Assembly: GCF_006345805.1 (NCBI RefSeq)
Contig: NC_043012.1
Coordinates: 29,574,001 to 29,638,000 of the forward strand
Length of the DNA: 64,000 nt
Source of the DNA: Octopus sinensis
Lineage: Eukaryota
Direction: 5' to 3'
This document shows positions 50,623 through 63,577 of this stretch, one piece after another; positions within the stretch are counted from its first letter, which is position 1; every line of letters begins with the position of its first letter. The notes below the pieces were generated by a model. It ran no database searches and was not told where the DNA came from. It saw only the letters and a list, made by a program, of their open reading frames with translations. Position numbers and translations under genes: made by a program.

Positions 50623-53154
50623 CAATATTGTAGACAGGGCTATTAGAGAAAAGAGACAGGCTTGGAAGGTCTGGAAAAATGGGGGTAGCAGGGAATTGTA
50701 TCAGACTACCAAAAGAGAAGCTAGGAGACAGGTTTATTTAGCCAGAGGGGAAGCAGATAAGAAAAAATTTGCCAATGTTCTGCGCCGTGAGGACCAAAGA
50801 CTGGAGGTGTTTCGTGTTGCAAGACAGTGTGTGAGAGAGAATCGTGATGTGGTAGGAGAGAAGTGTGTTCGCATGGAAGATGGTTCACTTGCGCTAAATG
50901 AGGATGCAAAGAGAGAGGTTTGGAGATGCCACTATGAAAGGTTGCTGAATAAAGAAAATGAATGGGATAAAGAGAGTCTGCCGAATGTTGACCCAACAGA
51001 GGGACCAGCTATCCGAGTTGATAGTTCCGTGGTAGCTAAGGCAATTAGAAGCATGAAGACAGGGAAAGCCCCAGGCCCATCAGGAATCACTGCAGAGATG
51101 CTCAAAATGTCTGGTAGTGTCGGCTATAGCCTAGTCGCCCGTATAGTTAATCAGGTGATACACAAAGGAGTCATACCCAATGACTGGTGTAGCAGCATAA
51201 TAGTCAACTGCTACAAAGGTAAAGGTGACGCCCTAGATACAAATAACTACAGAGGTATCAAGCTGTTGGATCAGGTGATGAAGGTTACGGAGAGGGTCAT
51301 AGCCCAACTAATTAGAGAGAGAGTTAGTTTAGATGAGATGCAGTTTGGGTTTGTGCCAGGGAAAAGTACTACTGATGCTATATTCCTGGTAAGGCAGCTG
51401 CAGGAGAAATACCTAGCCAAAGATAAGCCCCTGTTCCTGGCTTTTGTTGACATGGAGAAAGCCTTCGACAGGGTCCCCCGATCCCTTATCTGGTGGTCAA
51501 TGAGGAAACTAGGGATAGATGAATGGTTAGTGAGAGCTGTGCGGGCCATGTATAGGGACGCTGCTAGTAAGGTGAGGGTTGGCAACGAGTACAGTGAAGA
51601 ATTCCGGGTAGAGGTAGGGGTCCACCAAGGCTCAGTCCTCAGCCCCCTCCTATTTATCATAGTCCTCCAGGCAATAATGGAGGAATTCAAGACAGGATGC
51701 CCTTGGGAGCTCCTCTATGCTGATGACCTTGCTCTAATTGCTGAGTCACTATCAGAACTGGAGGAGAAGTTTCAGGTGTGGAAACAAGGATTAGAATCGA
51801 AGGGCCTCAGAGTCAATCTAGCTAAAACCAAAGTCGTAATCAGTAGGAAGGTAGACAAATCACAAACGCCTTCAGGTAGATGGCCCTGCTCGATCTGTAG
51901 AAAAGGTGTAGGTAGAAACTCTATAAGATGCACCAAGTGTAAGCTATGGACACATAAGAGGTGCAGCAATGTCAAAGGAAGGCTAACTAGGAAGATGGTT
52001 TTTGTATGTGGCAGATGCTCAGGAACAATAAACACTGAAAATGCTCTGAGACCAACAGGGAGAAAAACTAGAAATAGTTGATAGTTTCCGTTACCTAGGT
52101 GAGTGTGTACGAACAGCTATGCTACATGGCAGTGAAACATGGGCCATGACTGCTGAGGATATGCGTAAGCTCGCAAGAAATGAAGCTAGTATGCTCCGAT
52201 GGATGTGTAATGTCAGTGTTCATAATCGACAGAGTGTAAGTACCTTGAGAGAAAAGCTGGACCTAAGAAGCATCAGTTGTGGTGTGCAAGAGAGACGTTT
52301 GCGCTGGTATGGTCATGTGGCGAAAATGGATGAAGATAGTTGTGTGAAAAAGTGCCACACCCTAGCGGTTGAGGGAACCTACGGAAGAGGCAGACCCAGG
52401 AAAACCTGGGACGAGGTGGTGAAGCACGACCTTCGAACTTTAGGTCTCACTGAGGAAATGACTAGAGACCAAGACCTCTGGAAGTGTGCTGTGCGCGAGA
52501 AGACCCGGCAGGACAAGTGAGTCCATAACCCGTGGCCTTCTACATGGGATGGAGCCAGCCTACGTATGCATACCTTCCCTTCTTGGGACACAAAACTCTA
52601 CTTGTGAAGACCTGTTGAGGCAAGTGAGGATCAGAATCGAAATCGTTCAATGGAAATTGCAGATGTGTTACCAGTGCCGGTGGCATGTCGAAACTCTACT
52701 TGTGAAGACCTGTTGAGGCAAGTAAGGATCAGAATCGAAATCGATCAATGGAAATTGCAGATGTGTTACCAGTGCCGGTAGCATGTAAGAGAACCTTCCA
52801 TTTCGCGACCGTTGCCAGTGCCGCCCCAACTGGCCTCGTGCCGGTGGCACGTAAAAAGCACCATCTGTTCGTGTCCGTTGCCAGCCTCGCCTGGCCCTCG
52901 TGCCGGTGGCACAGAAAAAGCACCATCCGTTCGTGGCCGTTTGCCAGCTCTGTCTGGCACCTGTGCGGGTGGCATGTAAAAAGCACCCACTACACTCACG
53001 GAGTGGTTGGCGTTAGGAAGGGCATCCAGCCGTAGAAACACTGCCAGATTTGACTGGGCCTGATGAAGCCTTCTGGCTTCACAGACCCCAGTAGAACCGT
53101 CCAACCCATGCTAGCATGGAAAACGGACGCTAAACGATGATGATGAGGATGATG

Positions 53155-53156
<2 letters not shown>
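50621..53156 (+). mobile_element. 5'-truncated RTE LINE (RT, PHD finger, C-terminus, long 3' UTR, (GAT)n)
   Basis: ORF 50696-52081 continued by 52119-52520; apparent internal deletions near 52050 and 52100; both flanks are (TA)n. Confidence 0.95.
50696..52081 (+). pseudogene. RTE ORF2 reverse transcriptase fragment with embedded PHD finger
   Basis: NYRGIKLL, QFGFVPGKSTTDAIF, AFVDMEKAFDRV, GVHQGSVLSPLLF, LYADD; C4HC3 motif at 51887-52018. Confidence 0.95.
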
Positions 53157-53189
<33 letters not shown>

Positions 53190-53193
<4 letters not shown>

Positions 53194-53583
53194 ATATATA
53201 AACGGCAGTTTGTCTGTCTGTGTGTCTGTGTGGCTGTCAGGTTGTAACCTCACCTTGACCATGGCTTTCAACCGATTCTGATGAAACTTGACACACACAT
53301 AGCCCAATGTCATAATTCAAAACTAACGCAGCGAAAATTTTGAAAAGTTCCCCCAGTTCTGAAAAAAATCGATAAATTCGACATGGGGTCGAGAATCTAA
53401 GCTTTTTATATGCAACACATTTTCTGTCGGGAGACAGCTAGGAACATCGTATACATAGAAGTATTCGAATGAAGAGAAGACATTGCAACCTACACATGCG
53501 CCTTCGTTCCCTAGAGGGAAAGAACTAGATTGGGATTAGTCGTTGCCTACTAGGGGCTCTTACATACCCGGGCTATGCTGCTA

Positions 53584-53584
<1 letters not shown>
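53190..53584 (+). mobile_element. Non-autonomous Helitron (copy D)
   Basis: 5' 200 bp is the reverse complement of 9760-9955; ends gctgCTAG|T after a different 3' interior. Confidence 0.65.
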
Positions 53585-53624
<40 letters not shown>

Positions 53625-53704
53625 CATATTGTATATCCACCAACAGTTAATATATACACTGTATTTCCTTGTGTATAAGTCACACTATTTCATACCTGAT
53701 CTTA

Positions 53705-54068
53705 ACTGGGAACAAAAGTGAATTACAGTTTATGCATGAGTGGCTGTGAGGTAATAAGTTTACTTTCCAACCACATGGTTCTGGGTTCAGACCTACTACA
53801 TGGTGCCTTGGGCCAGCCAAAGCCTTGGGAGTAGGTTTGATAGACAGAAACTGAAAGAAACCTGTTGTGTGTGTGTGGTGCCTTCAAATATTGTTGGTTT
53901 GTTTATGTTCCCATGACTTAGCAGTTTGGCAAAAAGAAATCCCTAGAATGAGTACCAGACTTTAAAAAGAAAGTACTGGGGCGGGGAAGGATTTGTTCAA
54001 CTGAATCCTTCAAGGTGATGCTCCAGCATGTCCCCAGTCTAATGACTGAAACAAGTTAAAAATAAAAG
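53705..54068 (+). mobile_element. SINE family C, near full length, with LINE-type tail
   Basis: Head ggctgtgaggtaataag...gggttcagacc; tail ccagcatg...cagtctaatgactgaaacaag. Confidence 0.75.
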
Positions 54069-57000
54069 GGAAGAAACACATATATCATACTAACCATTAG
54101 TAATACTATAACATTAGTACATTATACTAATATACAGTCATTAACCATTAATAATTCATAATAGATGAGTCTTTTATAACTATTAACATTATGTAATATT
54201 TTTGAAGCAACAACTGAGATGGACTTCACCTTACGGCACCAGCAAGCTTCTTGTCATTCCACCCCCACCTCCATTAGTTTGGGGGTTTCCTCTGTTTCCT
54301 GCTGTGATTCTCAATCGAAAACATCAATGTAGTTAAGTGGTCTTCATCCTTCTTTACTAGGGTGCAGAAGTCTCCAAAACAGACCATCTGGTACAGCCTG
54401 GTGTTCATCGTGATAGCAGTAGCCAGCAAAGCTCGGCCTGCCCTCTGCAACACTTGCAGACATGAGTGAAATGTGTTCATAATTATACTTGTATATGAAC
54501 TGTTAACCTTAGATATATAATACATTCAATGTGCAATGCAATAACAAAACTACATAAAAACATATCTGCTAACCATTAATGCAGAATGTGATCATACATT
54601 ATATTCTTATTAACCATTAATACAGCCAGTCTGCCTCCCTGTTTGTGGAGCGACCAATCTTTCTTCCAACTAGATCAGAGATTCTCAACTGGGGTCCATA
54701 GAAAAGTTTTGGGTTAAAATTTATCTCCAATAAATTCTTTATACTTTAAACAATATACAAAATTTTGTAACAATTTTTTTTTATATACAATTCCTAATAA
54801 TGTTTAATTATAGAAATATAATGGAACTTTTTTAAACATTAAATGGCTGTTGGGGTCCATCTGAACAATATAAGAATCAAAGGGGGTCCATAGGAAGAAA
54901 AAGGGGTTGAAACACTCGACAAGAGTAAACTTCCTGACAAAACTCGTTAAAACTCTCTCTCTCTCCCCCTCTCTCGCACACACACACAAATATTATTATT
55001 ATTATGAATATAGTAGAAATGAGAGAAATAGAAAGAACATAAATTTAATTAAGGTACAAGTTTTATTAACCACATCATCATCATTTAATGTCTGTTTTCC
55101 ATACTGGCCAAGTCTGGATGGTTTGACAGGGACTGACAAGGCTGGAGAGCCATGCCAGGCTCCATTATCTGCTTTGGCATGGTTTCTACGAGTGGATGCC
55201 CTTCCTAATGCCAACCACTTTACAGAATGTGCTTTTATAGGTACAGTAAATGTAGTCAACTATGATACTGTACTTTGGGAAACAATGATCCATGGGACTT
55301 TCTTTCAATAACAATTAATTAATTAACACAAATTCTCTTAACTAATTAATACATTTTTTTTTAATAGATTCTGGTTGCTTGGAAGTTCCAGGTAATTTGA
55401 GTAGTGGATAGAAAGGAGTTTACTGTATATACTGTCTGTCTGTTTGTCTATCTGTTTGTCTTACCATTTGCTTCTCTCTCTCTCTCTCTTTCTCTTGATA
55501 TCTGTCTGTGTGTCTAACTGTTTAGTCATCTCAGCCATCAATACAGTCAACACCCACAAACTATTGCTATATTTTGATATATATACCCAGTGCTATTAAC
55601 CGAACATTTTATATATGCACTTATCACAGAAAACATCCTGTCACCTCTCTCTTTATCTCTATCCCTCTCAATACAGTAGTATAAGCACACATACAAATCT
55701 ATACAGAACACTAACATACAAAACACACCTCTGGCCTTCCAACACACACACACACACACACACACCTATCCCTAAACCTTCAATGGAGACCAGTTCCTGT
55801 AAATCTGGAGAAATAATTTGTAACAAGATGCCACCACATGACACAGTGTTTAGAATTCTTGTGATGGTCTTCACCATTTTGGAAAACAGTACAGTGGTAG
55901 TGGTGGTGGTAGTAGCCGCAGCAGCAGTTGTCTAGATGGTGGTGTTGATAGTACTCTCCACAGCTTTGTCATACAGTCACCGTACAAACACACAACTGTT
56001 GAACGGTGTTTCAGCTCTGTCAATGATATTGTTGTTATTGTTGTCGAGGATGTGTACTTGTATATTAAAAACAGGCTTGGTGTGTGTGTGTGTGCATGAA
56101 GCATACATACATAATATAAGGCCCAAGAAGCAAATTAAAAATGTATAACAAGCTCTGACGAAAAATGGTGGACTCTCCCCCCCACCTCACCTAGGAAGTA
56201 TCAGAATACACCAAAACCGTGGTTATCTCCCACTCTGGAGCATTTACCATCTTTTGACTGCAATCTCCAGGCAGAATTCAATGATGACTGCCTATCTGAT
56301 ATATGTCAGCTGTTCACCATCTGTGTGTCTGTGTGTGTGTGTTCTGTCTCCCTGCCATGACATCATGTGATTGTTACAAATGGCATCCTTTGTTTCCAAT
56401 ATTCTGTGAAAAAATGTCCAGCCATAGAGAAATGCTACCCGAACTGGAAACAGGTGAGAGTTGGTGATAGGAAGGGCACCCAAGTGTAGAAAACCAGCCT
56501 GAACAAATTTCATCTGACCCAAGCAAGCATGGACAAGTGGATGTTAAAATTATGACATACACACACACACATACATATGTATGGCTTGGTGGTTAGAAGT
56601 AAACTTTACAATCATGTAGTTTCAGGTTCAGTCCCACTGCACAGCACCTTTGGTAAATATTGGTTGCTATAGCCCTAGGTTGACCAATAATCTGTACGAA
56701 AATTCAGTTGACAGAAATTGAAAGAAGCCTGTCATAAACAACGTTGAGTAAATCAGAACTGAAATGAATTTGAGTGTTATAAAGCTTCGCTGTGGGTTAA
56801 ATAACAATGTAAACACAGTTTTTCTATGTTTGTGTGTAAACATGTGAAAACATTTGTATTCCATGCTTGGCATTACTTGAACAAAGTGGTGACAATATTG
56901 GCATTCCTTGTTGATATAATCTTTTCTACTCTAGGCATAAGGCCTGAAATTTTGGGGGAGAGGAGCCAGTTGATTAGATCAACCCCAGTATGCAACTGGT

Positions 57001-57565
57001 ACTTAATTTATCGACCCTGAAAGGATGAAAGGTAAAGTCAACCTTTGCAGAATTTGAACTCAGAACATAAAGACAGACAAAATACCACTAAGCATTTCAC
57101 CCAGTGTGCAAACATTTCTGCCAGCTCACCTTGTTGACATAATGACTGATAGTTCTGCACTTTCAAAGCCCTTTTTTATTACAAAGCAGTGAGAGCAGAT
57201 AAAGTTGGTGATAGAAAGAGCATCAGGCTATAAGATCGTATCTCAAATAACTCCTGTCTGAACTCATGTTGGCATGGAAAATACATGTTGAACCTTGGGC
57301 AAGTGTCTTCTACTATATCTGCCAAAACCTTGGAAGTGGATTAAGTAAATGGAAATTGAAAGAAGCTTGTCACATATATGTATATTCATGCATGTGTGTG
57401 TTTGGTTTATTTGTGGTTAACAAGACAACTAATGAGTTCATGTTAAGACATCCCTACAACTGTTCAAGCATGTCACATGGGCTTTAGCATATATATATAT
57501 AGTAGTAGTAGTAGTAGTAACAGAAAAGAAGAATTTCGATTATCCCCACATGGTGAGTTGTAATG

Positions 57566-60095
57566 TATATAAGAAATTAAAAAAGGAAAATACGCACACT
57601 TATATAGTTTTAATATAATTTTTAATATATCGACCGGTTTCGCTATCGCTATTCATGATATTATGTTTTACTTATTTAAATATATATTTTTTCTTAAGAA
57701 GAAATTTTGTCCATGTTGTGTGTGATGAAATTCACGAGTGAATAACTTCACAAGTAGATAAATAAAGGAGGTAATTGGTTGTCGTTATTATTGTTATTAT
57801 TGTGGATAAGGGAGATAACTGTTCAGCTATGTTCACTGAGGAATTTGTCTGTATTGCGGGAAACAGATTTGCTCTTTATGTAGAGTGGTTCTCTTTCTCA
57901 AGGTCATAATTGTTTGTCCAATATAGTGGTGTCCGCAACCCGAGCAGGTTATTACATAAATCAGGTTCTCAGAGGCACAAGTGAAACTAATTTTAATTGT
58001 GAACCTCTGTCCTTGTTTGAAAAGGAAGTCCGAGCCTTCAAGCAGGTTCCACAATTTGGGCGTCCACATTTTTCAACCATTGGTTTTGTGGTTGTTTTGT
58101 AAAGCTTCGCATTTGTAAGTAGTCTCTTTAGCGATTTGTCTTGTTTTTTGCATTTGATGAGTTTGTGCGTTTTCAGGATGTTGTTCATTTTTGGATCTCT
58201 AGCTAGTAAAGGAAGAGTTTGCACAATAGTGTTGAATGCCTCATTGTTTCTGGGATTGTGTGTTGATATAAATATTAATGTTTTGAGTTGAGCTGTGGTG
58301 TTATGTTTTGTTGTTCTTAGTGTTTTTGTGTCTAATTGTTTGGCACGTTTAATTCCCTCGTAGATAAGTGAGGGTGGATATTGTCTTTCACTAAGTGTTG
58401 TTTTGAGGTCTTGAAGACGAAGGTCCCGAGTTGTTCTATCAGACACTATTGTGCAAATCCTTTTTGCTAAATTGAAAGGGATGTTTATTTTGATGTGTTT
58501 CAGGTGGCATGAGTTAAAGAGAAGATATTGTTTTGAATCAGTTGGTTTATAATAGATGTCAGTTATGATTTCATTGTTAACTTTTTTTATCATGATGTCT
58601 AAAAATGGGAGTTGTCCTTTGTTATATTCCATTGTGAATTGAATGTTACTATTTATGTCATTTAGTGTTGATTTGAAATCCAAAAGTTTGTCGATGTTCT
58701 TCTTCAAGATGATAAAGCAGTCATCCAGGTGTCTCTTCCAATTTTCTCTTATGTAGAGGTAAAATGGGTAACCCTATTTCTGAAGTGATACTTCATATAA
58801 GGTGACTTCAAAATAACCCATTATTAGATTCGCAAGTACTGGGGCTGCTTTCATTCCCATCACAATTCCGCATTTCTGACAATAGTATGTGTCATCAAAT
58901 AGGAAATAATTGTTCTGAAGTATAAATTTTAAGGATTCAATAATAAAGATCTGATTTATGCATTCCAGGAGTACTTCGGCATACTTTTCCAACCAGAATT
59001 TAATTGCTTTTATTTCATAGTCATGGGGGGATGTTGGTGAAAAGATTGATAACATCGAGGATAACCAATATTGCCTCTTCATTAATTGTTTGTGGTAGGT
59101 GTTCTAGCATGTCTAAATCATCTCTCATGAAACTTCTGATGTATTTCAGCAAGGGTTTCAGTAGGATATCTAGAAAATTGCTTATGCAGTGGGTTTCACA
59201 GGCTGGCCCAGCTACAATGGGTCTTAAAGTCAAGTCTTCTGGTGTTTGGATAGTTATGTATTTGCCTGGTGACTGTTTGCAGGCTTCATTGATTATCTTG
59301 CTCTTGTGTATTTTAGGAAGGCTGTAAAAACGACTGGGTTTACATTTGAAGCTCGTGTTGTAGTCTGTTTCTTTTTCTGTCAGGCCTTTTCCATGTAGAA
59401 GAATTAAGGATGCAAGATTTTTCATTGTTCTTTGTTGTTTATAGCTTATAACTTTTTCATAGAAGGCCTTGTTTTCTAGTATGGATAATATTAGTTTTTT
59501 ATAGTGTTCTGTGTCCATCAGAACTACAGCAATTCCTTTGTCAGCTTCTTTAATTGTCAGGTCTTTGTCGTTTTGTAGTTCAGTCAGATTTTTCCGTTCT
59601 AGATTATTGAGGTTCGGATTAATTTTTTGTTTATTGGATGTGTAGGGGAAATTTTGGATATGGTTGCAGAAGTCATCCAGTGTTTTATTCCTACCCTTAT
59701 GTGGAAGGTAACCACATTTCTATTTTTGACTATTGATTCATCTTCATTGTTGTAGTCAGTTAGTACTTCTGCAAGTCGTAGTTTTCTGCAGAATTCCAAA
59801 ATCTGTCTCTGTCTGTACACATATATATATATTTCCCCTCCCATTACCGAAAGCTGAACAGTTATCTCCCTTACCCACAATAATAACGATAATAACGACA
59901 ACCAATTACCTCCCTTTATTTATCTACTTGTGAAGTCACACACAACATGGACAAAATTTCTTCTTAAGAAAAAATATATATTCAAATAAGTAAAGCATAA
60001 TATCATGAATAGCGATAGCGAAACCGGTCAATATATTAAAAATTATATTAAAACTACATAAGTGTGCATATTTTCCTTTTTTAATTTCTTATATA
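57566..60095 (-). mobile_element. Penelope-like element (RT and GIY-YIG) with inverted terminal repeats
   Basis: IKKADKGIAVVLM, LRPIVAGP, GIVMGMKAAP, WKRHLDD, LPFLDIMI, IYYKPTD, NLIYVITCSGCGHHYIGQT; frameshifted; 57566-57828 is inverted at 59852-60095 with a 20-bp deletion. Confidence 0.9.
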
Positions 60096-60100
60096 TATAG

Positions 60101-60143
<43 letters not shown>

Positions 60144-60223
60144 TACATACACAAGAGAAAGCACATAAATGTGAAACAAGGTGGGGTAAAATAGTACTCA
60201 AATACCAGAGGTAGAGTAATATG

Positions 60224-60408
60224 CTTTATTATTAAAGCTGCAAAAACACCTCAAAAATATCATAAAAAACTGCTACTCAGAGTTTCATGTTACCATTCAT
60301 TGGACAGTTTTAATTGAGACTCAAAACTACCTGACAAAGGGGAACATGAAACTCTAAGTTGCATTTTTTTGTAATATTTTTTGGTGTTTTTGCGGCTTTA
60401 ATAATAAA
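60224..60408. repeat. Imperfect foldback of the same family as 25655-25792, with hammerhead-like motifs in both arms
   Basis: Shared upstream flank acataaatgtgaaacaaggtgg...gtagagtaatatg; minus-strand AAAACUGU-CCAAUGA-AUG/GUAA/CAU-GAAACUCUGAGU-A-GCAGUUUU. Confidence 0.7.
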
Positions 60409-60612
60409 GTGTGTGTGTGTATAAATGTATGTATAATTTCAAATGTTACGTTAGTGTATAAGGGTTTGCCAAGTGGTATACACAAAACTCTAGTCCCAGT
60501 CTAGTCTAGTTCACTAACAAGCACCCAAGAACCAAGGAATGCATGAAAGCCTCCTCACCTCAAAAAATGTTTTGAAATATTAAATGCTTGTGTGTGTGTG
60601 TCTGAGCATGTA

Positions 60613-60656
<44 letters not shown>

Positions 60657-60657
<1 letters not shown>

Positions 60658-60969
60658 GTTATAAAAATATGGTTCAGTAAAATAATTTACCTTACCACAC
60701 ACCAAACTTTTTAGAAATAGCAGCCAAAAATCTTAGCTATTTCTTCTACTGTAAGAAAAATCTCCCAGACAATGCATACTCAAAAATAACCCACACAGGC
60801 ACAAAGGGAAAAATAACGAAAGATCACACACATATAATCTTATATGCGTGTGATCTTATGGGAGATTTTTTTTACAGTAGAAGAAATAGCTAAGATTTTT
60901 GGCTGCTATTTCTAAAAAGTTCGGTGTGTGGTAAGGTAAATTATTTTTCTGAACCCTATTTTTATAACG
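60657..60969. mobile_element. MITE with about 110-bp TIRs and TA flanks
   Basis: TA|CGTTATAAAAAT ... ATTTTTATAACG|TA; long near-perfect arms; internal hairpin at about 60820-60858. Confidence 0.8.
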
Positions 60970-61636
60970 TAATGTTTCAAATACACCATAAATGGTCTTT
61001 TTACATACTGAACACTACTTGGTAAAATTAATTAATAATTAATTAGTTTTACCCTTTTATTATTGACAATATATATACATATAATACACACAAACTCATC
61101 TAGTTTAATTCTTTCGCATTCAGATTTCTTTGTCCAATTTATTGTCTTTTTTTATTCACATAATTAACCAGGGATTATGTCACAGCCTCAAGATTTTGAT
61201 GATGTGATTGTATATTTTTAGAATGACATTGCAGGGTAGGTGTGAGAGGCCTGATCTGGCCAGTTTGAACTTAGTACGTACAATAGAATATTTTGGCTGG
61301 ACATGACAAGTTTGAATGCTAAAGGATTGTTTAGCTCCTGATCAAAAGTGCTCCAACCATGACCACCTCGTTTTTGTGTCCTGCATTGTCTACAGTGTGT
61401 CCATTATTGAAGACATTTGGATGTTGAGGAAGATTTTGTTAGTATTTCTAGCAAGCCAAGCGACCACATAGGGACTCCTTTTGTTGGCTCATGGATATGT
61501 GTGTAATGTGTTAATGATCTGTGTGTGTGTGTAATACCATATGTAGTTTGCCATTGGTTCTCTGGTTTCTTGTTGAGACCTGGGTGTTAAGAAGTCCGTT
61601 TCTTGACAAGAGTGAGAGGGGAGGGGGTATGTAGAA

Positions 61637-61668
<32 letters not shown>

Positions 61669-61883
61669 GTGTATGTATGTATGTATATTTGTGTGTGTCT
61701 TACACTTTTATGTTATGTATGCAGCAGATAGAGTTACAATTAATTTTTTTTCCTTTCTGACTCTTATAAAGTTTCCTTGAAAACCTTGATATCATTTTCT
61801 TAAGACACCATGTTGATCGTGGTGGTGGTGGTGGTGGTGATCGTCGTCATGATATTCATGTTGCTTGTGTTTTATTACATACA

Positions 61884-61919
<36 letters not shown>

Positions 61920-62900
61920 CATACACACACTACATTGCACACACTCACACATGTACACATATTGAGATGAACACACAGATTGACATATATATATACATAC
62001 GTACATACATACATGCCTTATTATGTTGCCATGGTGATGGTGTGTATATGTGTGATTATATCTGTGTGTGTGTAGTGGTGTAGGTAATATTAGGGAGATT
62101 AAAGAGTGTATATCTGTGTGTGTGTGTGTGTGTGTGTGGCTGTGTGGGATGCTTTAATCCCCACCACCATTTTTATCTTTGTTAATTTGATTGTTTTAAA
62201 TTAGAGACTTGTTTTGTTTAACCTTTTTTTTCCCCTGCAGTTTCACTCGTTGTCTGGATTATATATCACCATCATCATCACCATCAGTTATGTGCATGTC
62301 CATATGCGTATATAGGCATATTAGTTGTGTGTAGGTACACATATGTGTATTTGTTTAACATCTGTATTTCCATGTTGTCATGGGTTATAAGAGGACATAC
62401 TTGGAGCAGGAGCTTTTGGCAGGATGCTCTTCCTGTCACTAACCCGCACCCACTTTTTTTTCCCCCCAGAAGGGAATCTTTTTATTGCAGAGTCTCAAAA
62501 GTGCTGCGTGACCAATCATAATGTCCACAAGGAATGTAAACATCTCATCACTCAGAGCAACAGGCATATCCATTCAACATCAACAAACACACACACAAGC
62601 TGGGTTGTACAAACGGGATTATATACAACTCAGAACACTCGTTTATTTATTTTATATTTCTTACACAGCAGAATTTACAAAAGTGACTCAAAAGCTGAGA
62701 GTTTGGTGCACGGCACTTATAAGAATCTCAGCTGATTAAAATATATATGTAAGGTGCTTCCTACAGTTTCCACATGCCAAATTCACTCACAAGGCATTTG
62801 TCATCCCAGGCCTGTAGGAGAAGGCACTTACCCAGGGTGCTGTGCTGTGGGACGGAACCTGAAGTTATTTAGTTACCAAGCAAATTTCTCGCCCATACAC

Positions 62901-62943
<43 letters not shown>

Positions 62944-62947
<4 letters not shown>

Positions 62948-63281
62948 CTGTGTGGTAAGAAGCTTGCTTCTCAATTACATGGTTCTAGGTTCAGTCCCAC
63001 CACGTGGCACCTTGAGCAAGTTGTAACTGGATTTGGTGGATGGAAACTGAAAGAAGCCTGTCGTATGTGTCTTTGTGTTTTTGTTTGTCCCCCACCACCA
63101 CCACTTGGCAACTGGTGTTAGTGTGTTTACATCCCTGTAACTTCATGGTTTGGCAAAAGAGGCCAACAGAATAAGTACCAGAGTTTAAAGAAAATAAGTT
63201 CAGGGGTTGGTTCATTTGACTAAAAAGTCTTCAGAATGGTTCCCCAGCATGGCTGCAGTCTGAAACAAACAAAAGATAAAA

Positions 63282-63283
<2 letters not shown>
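62944..63283 (+). mobile_element. SINE family C copy (an inverted copy lies at about 62750-62900)
   Basis: gtggctgtgtggtaagaagcttgcttc...ggttcagtcccac...ccccagcatggctgcagtctgaaac. Confidence 0.8.
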
Positions 63284-63349
<66 letters not shown>

Positions 63350-63526
63350 AATTTCACAATTTCACATGCGTTTTCCATGCTGGCATGGGTAGAACATGTC
63401 ATTAATGCCTTGCTTCTTTCTAGAAACTTTAACCAGCTTAAACTGTTTTACCATTTAACCACTGCTGTGGCTTTAGGTACCCCAAGCATCCACATTTAAT
63501 GAGACGTATTTCTGTTATATTTTCAG

Positions 63527-63577
63527 AATGAAGCCGATATGGATGACCACGAGGACCGAATGTCTACAGAGTTATTG
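63527..63577 (+). CDS. Candidate host exon (51 nt, phase 0-0, NEADMDDHEDRMSTELL)
   Basis: Strong acceptor tttctgttatattttcag and consensus donor TTG|gtaagt; natural-looking open frame. Confidence 0.5.

Noticed and set aside
53060-53085. CTGATGA followed by an AGCC/GGCT hairpin
   Set aside because: No GAAA follows, and other RTE copies read cctggtgcagcc here, so it is a chance match.
56270-56322. AEFNDDCLSDICQLFT exon candidate
   Set aside because: Good acceptor, but donors are weak and the exit phase is incompatible with the next candidate exon.
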